A stretch of DNA of 52,332 nt from Gammaproteobacteria bacterium (GCA_046566505.1 JBKHWN010000117.1:1-52332), one strand, 5' to 3'; positions 8,107 to 18,154 are shown, counted from the stretch's first letter. The notes: a model not told the origin generated them from the letters alone. Program-made: numbers and translations.

Positions 8107-9249
8107 ATGGAAATCCTGCTCAAGCTTTGGCAATCCACCGGCCTGTACCACATGGCGGTCGGGCAGCTGGTGATGATCGTTGTCTGCCTCGGGCTGATCT
8201 ACCTGGCCATCCGCAAGGGGTTCGAGCCGCTGCTGCTGGTGCCGATCGCCTTTGGCGGCCTGCTTGCCAACATTCCGGTCGCCAACATGGCCGAAGGCAC
8301 CGGCTTCCTGCACCTGCTCTATGAAATCGGCCTGCCGACCAGTGTGTTCCCGCTGCTGATTTTCCTCGGCGTCGGCGCGATGACCGATTTCGGGCCGATG
8401 CTGGCCAACCCGCGCACATTGTTGCTGGGTGCCGCCGCGCAGTTCGGCATTTTCGGCACCTTGCTCGGGGCCGTCGCACTCACGGTGTGGGGCGTGCCCG
8501 GCTTCGAGTTCACGATGCAGCAGGCGGCGTCGATCGCCATCATCGGCGGCGCCGACGGCCCGACCTCCATCTACGTGACGGCGCGTCTAGCGCCGGAGCT
8601 GCTCGGGCCGATTGCGGTCGCCGCCTATTCGTACATGGCGCTGGTGCCGCTGATCCAGCCGCCGATCATGCGCGCGCTCACCACCGAGGCCGAGCGCAGG
8701 ATCGTGATGCAGCAACTGCGTCCGGTCGGGCGCACGGAAAAGATCGTGTTCCCGCTGGTGCTGGTGCTGCTGGTCGGTTTCCTGCTGCCGGACGCGGCGC
8801 CGCTGGTGGGCATGTTCGCCTTCGGCAACCTGATGCGGGAGTGTGGTGTCGTCGAGCGTCTGGCAGACACTGCGCGCAACGCGCTGATCAACGTGGTCAC
8901 CATTGCGCTGGGCCTGACGGTTGGTGCCAAGCTCAGTGCCGATTCCTTCCTGCAGCTGACAACGCTGGGCATCATCGTGCTCGGGCTGGTTGCGTTCTCG
9001 CTGGGCACGGCGGCCGGCGTGATCATGGCCAAAATCATGAACCTGTTCTCGACGCAGAAGATCAACCCGCTGATCGGCTCGGCCGGCGTGTCGGCGGTGC
9101 CGATGGCGGCGCGGGTGTCGAACAAGGTCGGCCTGGAGGCGAATCCGCAGAACTTCCTGCTGATGCATGCCATGGGGCCGAACGTGGCCGGCGTGATCGG
9201 CTCGGGCGTGGCGGCGGGGATCCTGCTGACGTTTGCCGGCGGCCGGTAG
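8107..9249 (+). CDS. oadB: Oxaloacetate decarboxylase beta subunit (Na+-translocating membrane subunit)
   Basis: 380-aa polytopic membrane protein. [11 protein letters not shown] and [13 protein letters not shown] motifs are typical of the OadB/GcdB/MmdB family. Confidence 0.95.
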   Translation: MEILLKLWQSTGLYHMAVGQLVMIVVCLGLIYLAIRKGFEPLLLVPIAFGGLLANIPVANMAEGTGFLHLLYEIGLPTSVFPLLIFLGVGAMTDFGPMLANPRTLLLGAAAQFGIFGTLLGAVALTVWGVPGFEFTMQQAASIAIIGGADGPTSIYVTARLAPELLGPIAVAAYSYMALVPLIQPPIMRALTTEAERRIVMQQLRPVGRTEKIVFPLVLVLLVGFLLPDAAPLVGMFAFGNLMRECGVVERLADTARNALINVVTIALGLTVGAKLSADSFLQLTTLGIIVLGLVAFSLGTAAGVIMAKIMNLFSTQKINPLIGSAGVSAVPMAARVSNKVGLEANPQNFLLMHAMGPNVAGVIGSGVAAGILLTFAGGR

Positions 9250-9300
9250 CGGCGTCGCGGGTTGCGCTCCGGCAGCGGCGCGCCGCCGTGCGTGCGGGAA

Positions 9301-9334
9301 ACAACCGCAATCGAGAAACAACAGCAATCGAGAA
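9301..9334. repeat. 17-bp tandem direct repeat ACAAC(C/A)GCAATCGAGAA x2
   Basis: Two adjacent copies with one mismatch, read directly. An A/T-richer patch that ends 1 nt from the 3' end of tRNA-Arg(CCU). Confidence 0.8.
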
Positions 9335-9335
9335 A

Positions 9336-9411
9336 TGGTGCCCCGGAGAGGACTTGAACCTCTGACCTTCCCCTTAGGAGGGGGACGCGCTATCCACTGT
9401 GCCACCGGGGC
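9336..9411 (-). tRNA. tRNA-Arg (anticodon CCU)
   Basis: Reverse complement GCCCCGGTGGCACAGTGGATAGCGCG-TCCCC-CTCCTAA-GGGGA..AGAGGTTCAAGTCCTCT-CCGGGGC-ACCA. Confidence 0.95.
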
Positions 9412-9534
9412 GAAGCGCGGCCATTCTAGCGGCGCAAACACAGCGCCGGAACCCGTCGTCGGCGAATTGCCCCTGCGCGTCGTGCGCCGGCGGCGACCGG
9501 CCCGGCGGCGCACGCTATATACTGCCGCGCCCCG

Positions 9535-10173
9535 ATGACCCGGTTTTCCGCGATGCCTGCCGATCCCCTGCTGCGTGCCGCCGGTCTCGTCGCGATCCGC
9601 GACGGGCGCACGCTGTTCGACGGGCTGGATGTCGAAGTGCACGCCGGCGAAGTCGTGCGTGTGGAAGGCCCGAACGGCGCCGGCAAGACCACGTTGCTGC
9701 GCATCCTCTGCGGGCTGGACCAGGATTTCGCCGGCGATATCGCTTTCCCCCGGGCGGACGGTGCCGGGCGCCCCTGGCGTGCCGACGTGCTGTTCCTCGG
9801 TCATTTGCCAGGCCTGAAGCCGACGCTGACCGCCGCCGAGAACCTCGACTGGCTGACCCGTCTGCGCGCCGCCGCGCTGCGCAGCAGTGTCTCCGACGCG
9901 CTGGCGACCGTGGGCCTGGCCGGTTACGAGGACGTGTCCGTCGCGCAGATGTCCGCCGGACAGAAGCGGCGCGTGGCGCTGGCACGGCTGCACCTGGAGC
10001 AGGCGCCGCTGTGGGTGCTGGATGAGCCATTCACCGCCATCGACAAGGACGGCGTCGCTGCGCTGGAAGCCACGCTGGCGCGCCATGCCGAACAAGGTGG
10101 AGCCGTGCTGGTCACCACCCATCACACGCTGGCGATCACGGCCCGACCGTTGCGGCTGGGGGCGGCGGCATGA
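9535..10173 (+). CDS. ccmA: Cytochrome c biogenesis heme-exporter ATP-binding protein
   Basis: Walker A GPNGAGKTTLLR, ABC signature MSAGQKRRVALA, Walker B LWVLDEP. First gene of a ccmABCDE run. Confidence 0.9.
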   Translation: MTRFSAMPADPLLRAAGLVAIRDGRTLFDGLDVEVHAGEVVRVEGPNGAGKTTLLRILCGLDQDFAGDIAFPRADGAGRPWRADVLFLGHLPGLKPTLTAAENLDWLTRLRAAALRSSVSDALATVGLAGYEDVSVAQMSAGQKRRVALARLHLEQAPLWVLDEPFTAIDKDGVAALEATLARHAEQGGAVLVTTHHTLAITARPLRLGAAA

Positions 10174-10838
10174 GTACGCCCGGCGCCCTGTTCCGGCGCG
10201 ACCTCGCGCTCGCCTGGCGTTCGCGCGGCGACCTGGTGAACCCGCTGGGTTTCTTCGTGGTCACGGTCTCGCTGTTCCCGCTGGGCATGTCGCCGGACCC
10301 GGCACTGCTGGCGCGCATTGGGCCGGGGCTGGTCTGGGTGGCGGCGCTGCTCGCCGTGCTGCTCTCCCTGGAGACGCTGTTCCGCAGTGATCGCGACGAC
10401 GGCTCGCTGGAGCAGATGCTGATGTCGCCGGCGCCGTTGTCGCTGCTGGTACTGGCCCGGGTGCTGGCGCACGTGCTGACGGTCGGACTGCCGCTGGTCA
10501 TCGTGGCGCCGGTGCTGGCGCTGATGCTGAACATCCAGGGCGATGCTTTCGGCGCGCTGCTGGCCGGCCTCGCGCTCGGCGTGCCGGTGCTGTGCCTGAT
10601 CGGTGCCATCGGCGCCGCGCTGACCACCGGTTTGTCGCGCGGCGGCGTGCTGGTGGCGCTGATCGTGTTGCCGCTGTACATACCCGTGCTGGTGTTCGGT
10701 GCCGGCGCCGCCGAGGCGGCCGGGCTGGGTATGCCGTACACCGGGCAGCTCGCCATCCTGGGCGCGTTGCTCGCTTCGTCCATCGCGCTGGCGCCTTTCG
10801 CGATCGCGGGAGCGCTGCGCATCAGCGTGAGCCAATGA
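10170..10838 (+). CDS. ccmB: Heme exporter membrane protein CcmB
   Basis: 222-aa polytopic protein with a 4-nt overlap with ccmA. FRSDRDDGSLEQM motif is typical of CcmB. Confidence 0.9.
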   Translation: MSTPGALFRRDLALAWRSRGDLVNPLGFFVVTVSLFPLGMSPDPALLARIGPGLVWVAALLAVLLSLETLFRSDRDDGSLEQMLMSPAPLSLLVLARVLAHVLTVGLPLVIVAPVLALMLNIQGDAFGALLAGLALGVPVLCLIGAIGAALTTGLSRGGVLVALIVLPLYIPVLVFGAGAAEAAGLGMPYTGQLAILGALLASSIALAPFAIAGALRISVSQ

Positions 10839-11593
10839 AAAAGATGTGGGCCTATCTCGAACGACTCTGGCACCGGCTCGGTTCGCCGCGCCACTTCCAC
10901 GATCTCAGCGGCCAGTGGTTGCCCTGGCTGGCGGTTGCCGCGCTGCTGCTGCTTGGCACCGGACTGGTCTGGGGACTGCTGTTCGCACCGGCCGATTACC
11001 AGCAGGGCAACAGCGTCCGCATCATCTACCTGCATGTGCCGGCAGCGAGCCTGGCGCTGAGCGGCTACCTCGCGATGGCCGTGTGCGGCATCGTCGTGCT
11101 GGTCTGGCGCATGAAGATGGCGGAGATCGTGCTGCAGGCGATCGCCGTGCCGGGTGCGGTGCTGTGCGCGATCGCCCTGTTTTCCGGCGCGGTCTGGGGC
11201 AAGCCGACCTGGGGCACCTACTGGTTCTGGGATGCGCGCATCACCTCGATGCTGATCCTGCTGTTCCTGTACGTCGGCATCATCGCGCTGGGCAGCGCCA
11301 TCGCCTCGCCGGTACTGGCAGCGAGGGCGACCAGCGTGCTGGCCATCGTTGGCGCGGTGAACATCCCGATCATCCGGTACTCGGTGGAGTGGTGGAACAC
11401 GCTGCACCAGCCGGCGACGTTCAAGGTTACCGGCAAGTCGGCGATGGCCCCGGAAATGCTGCAGCCGCTGGTCGTCTCTGCGCTGGGCTTCTACGTCTTC
11501 TTCGCGCTGGTGGTCATCCTGCGTACCCGCAACATCATCCTGGAGCGCGAGGCCGGCACCCGCTGGGTGCAGGACCTCGCCGGAGGCAAGTGA
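10835..11593 (+). CDS. ccmC: Heme exporter protein CcmC
   Basis: Start at ATG 10835 overlaps the ccmB stop (ATGA). WGxxWxWD tryptophan-rich motif present as WGTYWFWDARI. Confidence 0.9.
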   Translation: MKKMWAYLERLWHRLGSPRHFHDLSGQWLPWLAVAALLLLGTGLVWGLLFAPADYQQGNSVRIIYLHVPAASLALSGYLAMAVCGIVVLVWRMKMAEIVLQAIAVPGAVLCAIALFSGAVWGKPTWGTYWFWDARITSMLILLFLYVGIIALGSAIASPVLAARATSVLAIVGAVNIPIIRYSVEWWNTLHQPATFKVTGKSAMAPEMLQPLVVSALGFYVFFALVVILRTRNIILEREAGTRWVQDLAGGK

Positions 11594-11594
11594 C

Positions 11595-11810
11595 GTGGAA
11601 TTCGCATCCCTGGCCGATGTGCTGCACATGGACGGGCACGGTTTCTACGTCTGGCTGTCCTACGGGGTGACCGTGCTGGCGCTGGTCACCCTGGTAGTGA
11701 TCCCGCTCATGGCCCGGCGCCGCCTGTTGCGCGATATTGCCGGCCGCACCCGCCGGGACGCCGCCCGGGGGCGCAGCCGGCAGCCATCCGATTCAGCCGT
11801 CGAGGAGTAA
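11595..11810 (+). CDS. ccmD: Heme exporter protein CcmD
   Basis: Small single-TM protein ([20 protein letters not shown]) between ccmC and ccmE. GTG start. Confidence 0.75.
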   Translation: MEFASLADVLHMDGHGFYVWLSYGVTVLALVTLVVIPLMARRRLLRDIAGRTRRDAARGRSRQPSDSAVEE

Positions 11811-11815
11811 CCGTC

Positions 11816-12286
11816 ATGCATCCCGTTCGTCGCCAACGCCTGTTGATCGTGCTGGGCGTGCTCGCCCTGGTCGGCATCGCGGTGGGGCTGGCCAGTTGGG
11901 CGCTCAGCGAGAACATCAACGCCTTCTACTCGCCGGAGGACATCGTCAGCGGCAAGGCTCCGGTGGACCGCCGGATCCGCGTCGGCGGGCTGGTCAAGGA
12001 CGGCTCGGTGCGGCGCGCGACGGACTCGCTGCACGTCGAGTTCGAGGTCACCGACGGCGCGGCCACGGTGCTGGTCACCTACGAGGGCATCCTGCCGGAC
12101 CTGTTCCGCGAGGGGCAGGGCATCCTGGCCACCGGGGTGCTGAAGGCGGATGGCGTGGTGCAGGCGCAGGAAGTGCTGGCCAAGCACGACGAGAACTACA
12201 TGCCCCGGGAAGTGAAGGACGCGCTGGAGAAGACCGGACACCCGATGGGTGGCGGCGCGGCCGCTGCAGGGCCGGCGGCGTACTGA
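11816..12286 (+). CDS. ccmE: Cytochrome c-type biogenesis heme chaperone CcmE
   Basis: N-terminal anchor, then [34 protein letters not shown] with the heme-binding His context. Confidence 0.9.
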   Translation: MHPVRRQRLLIVLGVLALVGIAVGLASWALSENINAFYSPEDIVSGKAPVDRRIRVGGLVKDGSVRRATDSLHVEFEVTDGAATVLVTYEGILPDLFREGQGILATGVLKADGVVQAQEVLAKHDENYMPREVKDALEKTGHPMGGGAAAAGPAAY

Positions 12287-12418
12287 TCGCCCCGGTGGTG
12301 GCTGCCCCCATGATCGCCGAATAGGTAATTGCCGATACCGATCGTCCGACAATTGGACGAATAACTCCGTGATCCGCTAGAGTTGCCGGACAGTCCGTCA
12401 TTTCTGCCCGGAATCCCC

Positions 12419-13120
12419 ATGTCTTCATTCAAAGCGCAGGAAAGCCTGTCCGAGCAGATCGCCCAGCATCTGGCGCGCCAGATCATCAGCGGCGACCTGC
12501 TGGCCGGCGACCGCATCCAGGAACTGCGCATCGCCGGCGAACTGGAGGTCAGCCGAGGCTCGGTGCGCGAGGCGCTGCTCATCCTCGAACGCTGGTACCT
12601 GATCGACATCCTGCCGCGGCGCGGTGCGGTGGTGAAGGACATGTCCGAGGAGCACGTGCGCTCGCTGTACGAGTTCATGTCGGTGCTGTTCAACTTCATC
12701 GCGCGCAAGGCGATCGAGGAGGTGGACGAGGAACAACTGGCGCCGTTCATCGAGTTGATCCGTGTCATGCAGGCGCAGGTGGCGGCGCGCCAGGTCGACG
12801 AGTTCTACGAGAGCGCCTTCCAGTACCTTGGCTATGCGTCGCGTTTCGCGGCCAACAGTTTCGTCGAGGAAATCCTCGACAACATGCAGCCGGCGATCCG
12901 TCGCGCGTTCTACCTGGCGCTGCACATCAACCGCGACGAGATGCAGTCGTCGCTGGCCTTCTTCAAGGCGCTGATCGAGAGCCTGCTGCAGCAGGATGTC
13001 GAGGCGGCGCGGGCGGTGATCGACGAGTTCGTCGGCCACCAGCGGGCGATCGTGCTGGATTCGATCATGCGCGCCCGGATGATCGAGGAAGCCTGGAACC
13101 AGCGCCACCGCCGGTCCTGA
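12419..13120 (+). CDS. GntR-family transcriptional regulator (FadR/FCD-type C-terminal domain)
   Basis: N-terminal wHTH SLSEQIAQHLARQIISGDLLAGDRIQELRIAGELEVSRGSVREAL followed by an all-helical C-terminal domain. ATG 12419 preferred over TTG 12383. Confidence 0.85.
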   Translation: MSSFKAQESLSEQIAQHLARQIISGDLLAGDRIQELRIAGELEVSRGSVREALLILERWYLIDILPRRGAVVKDMSEEHVRSLYEFMSVLFNFIARKAIEEVDEEQLAPFIELIRVMQAQVAARQVDEFYESAFQYLGYASRFAANSFVEEILDNMQPAIRRAFYLALHINRDEMQSSLAFFKALIESLLQQDVEAARAVIDEFVGHQRAIVLDSIMRARMIEEAWNQRHRRS

Positions 13121-13197
13121 TCCGCGGCAGCAGGCAAGGTTGACAAGGCCGGGTTCGAACCCGGTCGGCGGCACGGCACCACTTCCGGGGGATTTCC

Positions 13198-13746
13198 ATG
13201 TTGGCAAGACTGTTCAGGCTGGTGCGCAGCGGGTCCGCGATGCCGTCGGCGCTCGCTTTTTTCGCCGTGCTTTTCCTGGTGTCGCAGGTATCGATGATGG
13301 TGGTGCTGGCGCCGGTGGGCGTCGCGCACTTCATCGAAATGCAGACGACGCTGTCGCCCGCGCGTTTCGCCACGCTGGTCGAAAACATGTACCAGCGGGG
13401 CGTCGAGACCGCGTACATCGCGCACTTCTACTACGACTGGCTGCATCCGCTCTGGTACGGCGGGCTGCTGGCGCTGCTCATGGCCCGGGGCTTCGAGCGA
13501 CAGGCCGTGCCGGCATCGAGGGACTGGCTGTTGCTGGCGCCGTTCGCGGCCGGCCTTGCGGACCTGGTCGAAAACTCGCTGCACCTTTACATGGTGGTCG
13601 ACACCGCGAACATCTCGTCGCCGCTGGTGCTGGTGGCCAATGGCGCGGCACTGTGCAAGTGGGCGGTCATCACCGTCTGCGTCACGACGGCGCTGGTGAT
13701 GTTGCTGAAGCCGGCGGCGCCGGCTCGAAAAAATCCGCCCACATGA
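13198..13746 (+). CDS. Hypothetical membrane protein
   Basis: 182-aa ORF with several hydrophobic segments. No family recognised. Its 3' end overlaps the cysZ 3' end convergently. Confidence 0.5.
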   Translation: MLARLFRLVRSGSAMPSALAFFAVLFLVSQVSMMVVLAPVGVAHFIEMQTTLSPARFATLVENMYQRGVETAYIAHFYYDWLHPLWYGGLLALLMARGFERQAVPASRDWLLLAPFAAGLADLVENSLHLYMVVDTANISSPLVLVANGAALCKWAVITVCVTTALVMLLKPAAPARKNPPT

Positions 13747-14458
13747 TGGTGGCCGCGCAGACCGCGACCGGCATGATCACGAAGTTCACCACCGGCACCA
13801 GGGTCAGCCCGAACACGGCGGCACCAAAAACCAGGACGTCGGTCCGTCGCGTGTGCAGGCGGGCGATCATGCTCTCGAAGTCCACGCCGAGGTTGTCGGC
13901 CGGGTAGTCCAGGTAGGTCACCGCCAGCATCCAGGCGCCAAACAGGAACCACAGCAGAGGCAGCATGCCGTTCAGCAACGGGATCCACCCGATCAGCAGC
14001 GTGAACAGGCCCAGTCCCAGCGCCCGCACGGCCCAGTAGCGCAGTGCCTGCCATGAACGGGCCAGCGTCCGCCTGATCATCCTCGCCAGCGGTACGGCCG
14101 GCACGGGACGCCCCGTGTGCCGTGCCCAGGCCCGTTCGGCCAGCAGGCCGTTGATCGGCGCGGCGATGAGGTGCAGCACGCCGGTGAACACCCAGGCGGC
14201 CGCCAGCAGCAGCAACAGCAGTGCCAGCAGTTGCGCCAGGCCGGCCAGCAAATCGACGGCCCCGGCCAGCCAGCCGGGGGCGCCGGCAGTCAGTGCCGAC
14301 AGGCCCGCGAGCAGTTCGCCGGCCACGCCATGCAGCCAGCCGATGGCCAGCCCGAAGATCAGGATGTTGGCGGCCAGCGGCAGCAGTGCCCAGGGCCAGA
14401 GGCCGGGTTGGCGGACCAGCCGGGCACCGGCGGCCAGGGTGTCGAGCGGGGCATGCAT
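13682..14458 (-). CDS. cysZ: Sulfate transporter CysZ (EI24 family)
   Basis: Collinear with E. coli CysZ from memory: AAPINGLLAE, LLWFLFGAWMLAVTYLDYPADN, NFVIMPVAVCAATIMW. Start placed at MHAPLDTLAAG (14458). Confidence 0.85.
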   Translation of the reverse strand: MHAPLDTLAAGARLVRQPGLWPWALLPLAANILIFGLAIGWLHGVAGELLAGLSALTAGAPGWLAGAVDLLAGLAQLLALLLLLLAAAWVFTGVLHLIAAPINGLLAERAWARHTGRPVPAVPLARMIRRTLARSWQALRYWAVRALGLGLFTLLIGWIPLLNGMLPLLWFLFGAWMLAVTYLDYPADNLGVDFESMIARLHTRRTDVLVFGAAVFGLTLVPVVNFVIMPVAVCAATIMWADFFEPAPPASATSPAPS

Positions 14459-14625
14459 ACGGGCGGTTCCGTGGCCTGTGCAATGGCAGGGATGGGGGTG
14501 TCGGCGCGCGCAAAATACAACGGTTAGTGTGCGTCGGGGTAATTCCGCTACACTGCCGCCCAACTTTCGGGGCGGGCATGACAGCCCCTTCTGCACGCCT
14601 GCCAGGGACCCCCAAGAACGACGCC

Positions 14626-17600
14626 ATGCGCCTGAAAAGCATCAAACTTGTCGGCTTCAAGTCCTTCGTGGACCCGACCACCACCACCTTCCCGGACAAC
14701 CTGACCGCCATCGTTGGTCCGAACGGCTGCGGCAAGTCGAACATCATCGATGCGGCCCGCTGGGTGATGGGTGAGGCCTCCGCCAAGTACCTGCGCGGCG
14801 AGAGCATGGCGGACGTCATCTTCAGCGGCTCCAGCGCCCGCAAGCCGGTGGCCCAGGCCTCGGTCGAGCTGGTGTTCGACAACAGCGAGGGCAAGGTCGG
14901 CGGCGAGTACGCCAAGTACGCGGAAATCTCGGTCAAGCGCCAGGTGACCCGCGACGGCCAGTCCAGCTACTACCTGAACGGCACCAAATGCCGGCGCAAG
15001 GACATCACCGACATCTTCCTCGGCACCGGCCTCGGGCCGCGCAGCTACGCGATCATCGAGCAGGGCATGATCTCGCGGCTGATCGAGGCCAAGCCCGAGG
15101 AGCTGCGCATCTACATCGAGGAGGCGGCGGGCATCTCGCGCTACAAGGAACGGCGCAAGGAGACCGAGTCGCGCATGCGGCGCACCCGGGAAAACCTGGA
15201 GCGCCTGACTGACCTGCGCGAGGAACTCGAACGCCAGATCGCCCACCTGCAGCGCCAGGCGGCCACTGCCGAGCGCTACAAACAATTCCGGGAGGAAGAA
15301 CGGACGTTGCGGGCGCAGTTGCATGCGTTGCGCTGGCAGCATATCGATGCCGACGTCGGCGTGCGCGAGGCAGCGATCCGCGAGCTGGAAGTGAAACTCG
15401 AGGCGCAGATCGCCGAGCAGCGCCGAGCGGAAGCGGAAATCGAGAAATACCGCGAGGCGAACCACGAGCTTATCGAGGCGTTCAACGAAGTGCAGGGCCG
15501 TTTTTACGGCATCGGTGCCGATATCGCCCGCGTCGAGCAGCGCATCGAGGGATTGCGCCAGCAGCAGGCCCAGTACTCGGCGGAACTCGACCAGGCCGAG
15601 CGCAACCGGCGCGAAGCGGCCGAGCACCTGGAGCAGGATCGCGCGCAGATCGAGGAGATCGCCACGCAGCTGCTGGAGCTGGAACCCGAGCACGAACGTC
15701 ACCGCATGTCCGACGAGGCAGCCGCCGAGGCGCTGGCCGTTGCCGAGGATCGGATGCACCAGTGGCAGATCGCCTGGGATACCTTCAATCAGGTGGCTTC
15801 CCAGCCGCGCCAGCGCGCGGAGGTGGAGCAGTCGCGCATCCAGCACCTGGAAAAATCCATCCGCATGCTCGACGACCGCATCGAGCGGCTGGAGCAGGAG
15901 AAGAAGACGCTGTCGTCCGGCCCGCTGGCACAGGAAGTCGAGAACCTGTTGCGGCAGGTCGCCGAGATGCAGGCGCGCATCGACCAGCAGCAGGCGCAGG
16001 CGGACGAGATCGGCGTGGTGATCACGCGCCAGCGCGAGGAAAACAACCGCACCAGCAGCGAACTGGATGCGCGTCGTGGCGAGATGCAGGCACTCAAGGG
16101 CCGCCATGCTTCACTGGAAGCGCTGCAGCAGGCTGCCCAGAGCGACGTGCAGGGCGGCATCACGGCCTGGCTGCGCGAGCGCCGGCTGGACGGCCGCAAG
16201 CGGCTGGCAGAGAGCCTCGATGTCGACAGCGGCTGGGAGAAGGCCGTTGAGACCGTGCTGGGCGACACCCTGCAGGCCGTGTGTGTCGACGGGCTGGATC
16301 CGCTGGCCGGTGTGCTCGGTGGCGTGCAGCACGGCCACCTGATGCTGATCGAGAACCGCGCGATGACGGTGACCGGCGGCGACCGGTTCGCGCGCCTGTC
16401 GGATCGCGTGCGCGCCAGTGGCGGTGTCGACGTGCAGGGCCTGCTGGCCGGCGTCTACACCGCAGACTCGCTGCCGGATGCGCTGGCACGCCGCGCGCAA
16501 CTGGGTGCCGGCGAGTCGCTGGTGACCCGTGACGGCATCTGGATCGGCGCGAACTGGCTGCGGGTGACCGGCGAGAAGGATGCCGCCGGCGGCCTGCTGA
16601 TGCGCCGGCAGGAACTGGAAGAACTCGATGCGCGCATCGAAGAGAGCGAGGCGGTCATTGCCGAACTGGCCGAACGGCTGGCGGCCGGGCGTGAACTGCT
16701 GCGCGAGCGCGAGCAGGCCCGCGAGCAGGCGCAGCGGGAAATGTCGGCGGTCAGCCGCGAATACAGCAACCTGAGTGCGGAGGTCAGCGCACGCCAGGTC
16801 CGGCTCGAACAATTCACCGCGCGTCACGAACGCATCGAGCGTGAGCTCACCGAGACGCGTCGGCAGCAGTCGGAAGAACGCGAGCAGATCACCCTGTCGC
16901 GCAACCTGCTGCAGGAAGCGCTGGATGCGATGGAAGGCTCCTCCAAGGAACGCGAGGACCTGCTGCGCCGCCGCGACGAGCAGCGCGCGCAACTGGATGA
17001 CATGCGCCAGAGGGCCCGCCACGACCGTGATGCGGCGCACCGCGTCGAGATGGAAATCCAGAACCTGAAGACCCGCCAGGCGTCCATGCAGCAAGGGCTC
17101 GATCGCTGGGCCATGCAGCTGCGGCAGATGGACGAGCGACGCGATTTCCTTGCCGCGCAACTGTCCGGCGGCGATGACCCGGTCGTCGAGGCGAAGGAGC
17201 AACTGGAAGAACTCCTGTCGCGGCGCGCGGCGGTCGAGGAAGAATTGCGGGCGGCGCGCCAGCGTTCAGAGGCGGTCGACCACGACCTGCGGGAGATGGA
17301 GCAGCAGCGTTCGCGCTTCGAGCAGGGCGCGTACACGGTGCGCACCAACCTGGAATCGCAGCGCATGGAGTGGCAGGCACTGCAGGTGCAGCGGGCCACG
17401 GTCATCGAGCGGCTCAAGGAAGCAGAAATCACGCTGGAGGACGTGCTGGCATCGATGCCGGCGGAGGCAAACATCCCGCAGTGGGAGCAACGTGCCGACG
17501 AGATCGCCCAGCGCATCATCCGCCTGGGGCCGATCAACCTGGCGGCTATCGACGAGTACGCCGCGCAGAGCGAGCGCAAGAACTACCTCGATGCGCAGAA

Positions 17601-18138
17601 CGCAGACCTTGAAGACGCACTTTCCACGCTGGAAAACGCCATCAAGAAGATCGACAAGGAAACGCGCGCCCGTTTCGAGGAGACCTTTAACAAGGTCAAC
17701 AAGGGCCTGCAGGACCTGTTCCCGCGCGTATTCGGCGGTGGCCATGCCTATCTGGAGCTGACCAGCCAGGACCTGCTGGAAACCGGCGTGGCGATCATGG
17801 CGCGTCCGCCGGGCAAGAAGAACAGCACGATCCACCTGCTGTCCGGTGGCGAGAAGGCACTGACCGCGCTGTCGCTGGTGTTCTCCATCTTCCAGCTGAA
17901 CCCGGCGCCGTTCTGCATGCTCGACGAGGTGGACGCACCGCTGGACGACGCGAACGTCGGCCGCTACGCCAACCTCGTGCGCAGCATGAGCGACAAGGTG
18001 CAGTTCATCTACATCACGCACAACAAGATTGCGATGGAAATGGCCAGTTCCCTCATGGGCGTGACCATGCACGAGCCGGGCGTTTCCCGGCTGGTGGCGG
18101 TGGACGTCGACGAGGCGGCGGAACTGGCGGCCGTCTGA
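14626..18138 (+). CDS. smc: Chromosome segregation protein SMC
   Basis: MRLKSIKLVGFKSF..GPNGCGKSNIIDA head, about 900 aa of coiled coil with a central hinge, C-terminal LSGGEKALTALSLVFSIF..FCMLDEVDAPLD. Start moved to ATG 14626. Confidence 0.95.
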   Translation: MRLKSIKLVGFKSFVDPTTTTFPDNLTAIVGPNGCGKSNIIDAARWVMGEASAKYLRGESMADVIFSGSSARKPVAQASVELVFDNSEGKVGGEYAKYAEISVKRQVTRDGQSSYYLNGTKCRRKDITDIFLGTGLGPRSYAIIEQGMISRLIEAKPEELRIYIEEAAGISRYKERRKETESRMRRTRENLERLTDLREELERQIAHLQRQAATAERYKQFREEERTLRAQLHALRWQHIDADVGVREAAIRELEVKLEAQIAEQRRAEAEIEKYREANHELIEAFNEVQGRFYGIGADIARVEQRIEGLRQQQAQYSAELDQAERNRREAAEHLEQDRAQIEEIATQLLELEPEHERHRMSDEAAAEALAVAEDRMHQWQIAWDTFNQVASQPRQRAEVEQSRIQHLEKSIRMLDDRIERLEQEKKTLSSGPLAQEVENLLRQVAEMQARIDQQQAQADEIGVVITRQREENNRTSSELDARRGEMQALKGRHASLEALQQAAQSDVQGGITAWLRERRLDGRKRLAESLDVDSGWEKAVETVLGDTLQAVCVDGLDPLAGVLGGVQHGHLMLIENRAMTVTGGDRFARLSDRVRASGGVDVQGLLAGVYTADSLPDALARRAQLGAGESLVTRDGIWIGANWLRVTGEKDAAGGLLMRRQELEELDARIEESEAVIAELAERLAAGRELLREREQAREQAQREMSAVSREYSNLSAEVSARQVRLEQFTARHERIERELTETRRQQSEEREQITLSRNLLQEALDAMEGSSKEREDLLRRRDEQRAQLDDMRQRARHDRDAAHRVEMEIQNLKTRQASMQQGLDRWAMQLRQMDERRDFLAAQLSGGDDPVVEAKEQLEELLSRRAAVEEELRAARQRSEAVDHDLREMEQQRSRFEQGAYTVRTNLESQRMEWQALQVQRATVIERLKEAEITLEDVLASMPAEANIPQWEQRADEIAQRIIRLGPINLAAIDEYAAQSERKNYLDAQNADLEDALSTLENAIKKIDKETRARFEETFNKVNKGLQDLFPRVFGGGHAYLELTSQDLLETGVAIMARPPGKKNSTIHLLSGGEKALTALSLVFSIFQLNPAPFCMLDEVDAPLDDANVGRYANLVRSMSDKVQFIYITHNKIAMEMASSLMGVTMHEPGVSRLVAVDVDEAAELAAV

Positions 18139-18154
18139 CACGGGGGAACCAACG

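Noticed and set aside
8587-10125. 512-aa minus-strand ORF spanning the oadB 3' end, tRNA-Arg(CCU) and ccmA
   Set aside because: It runs through a tRNA gene and antisense to two well-supported genes. Its Arg/Gly/His/Pro-rich composition marks it as a typical high-GC shadow ORF.
12342-12360. TCGTCC-N7-GGACGA inverted repeat upstream of the GntR gene as an autoregulatory operator
   Set aside because: The arms are only 6 bp and the centre is non-palindromic. It fits the loose GT-N-AC GntR pattern but is too short to support without comparative data.
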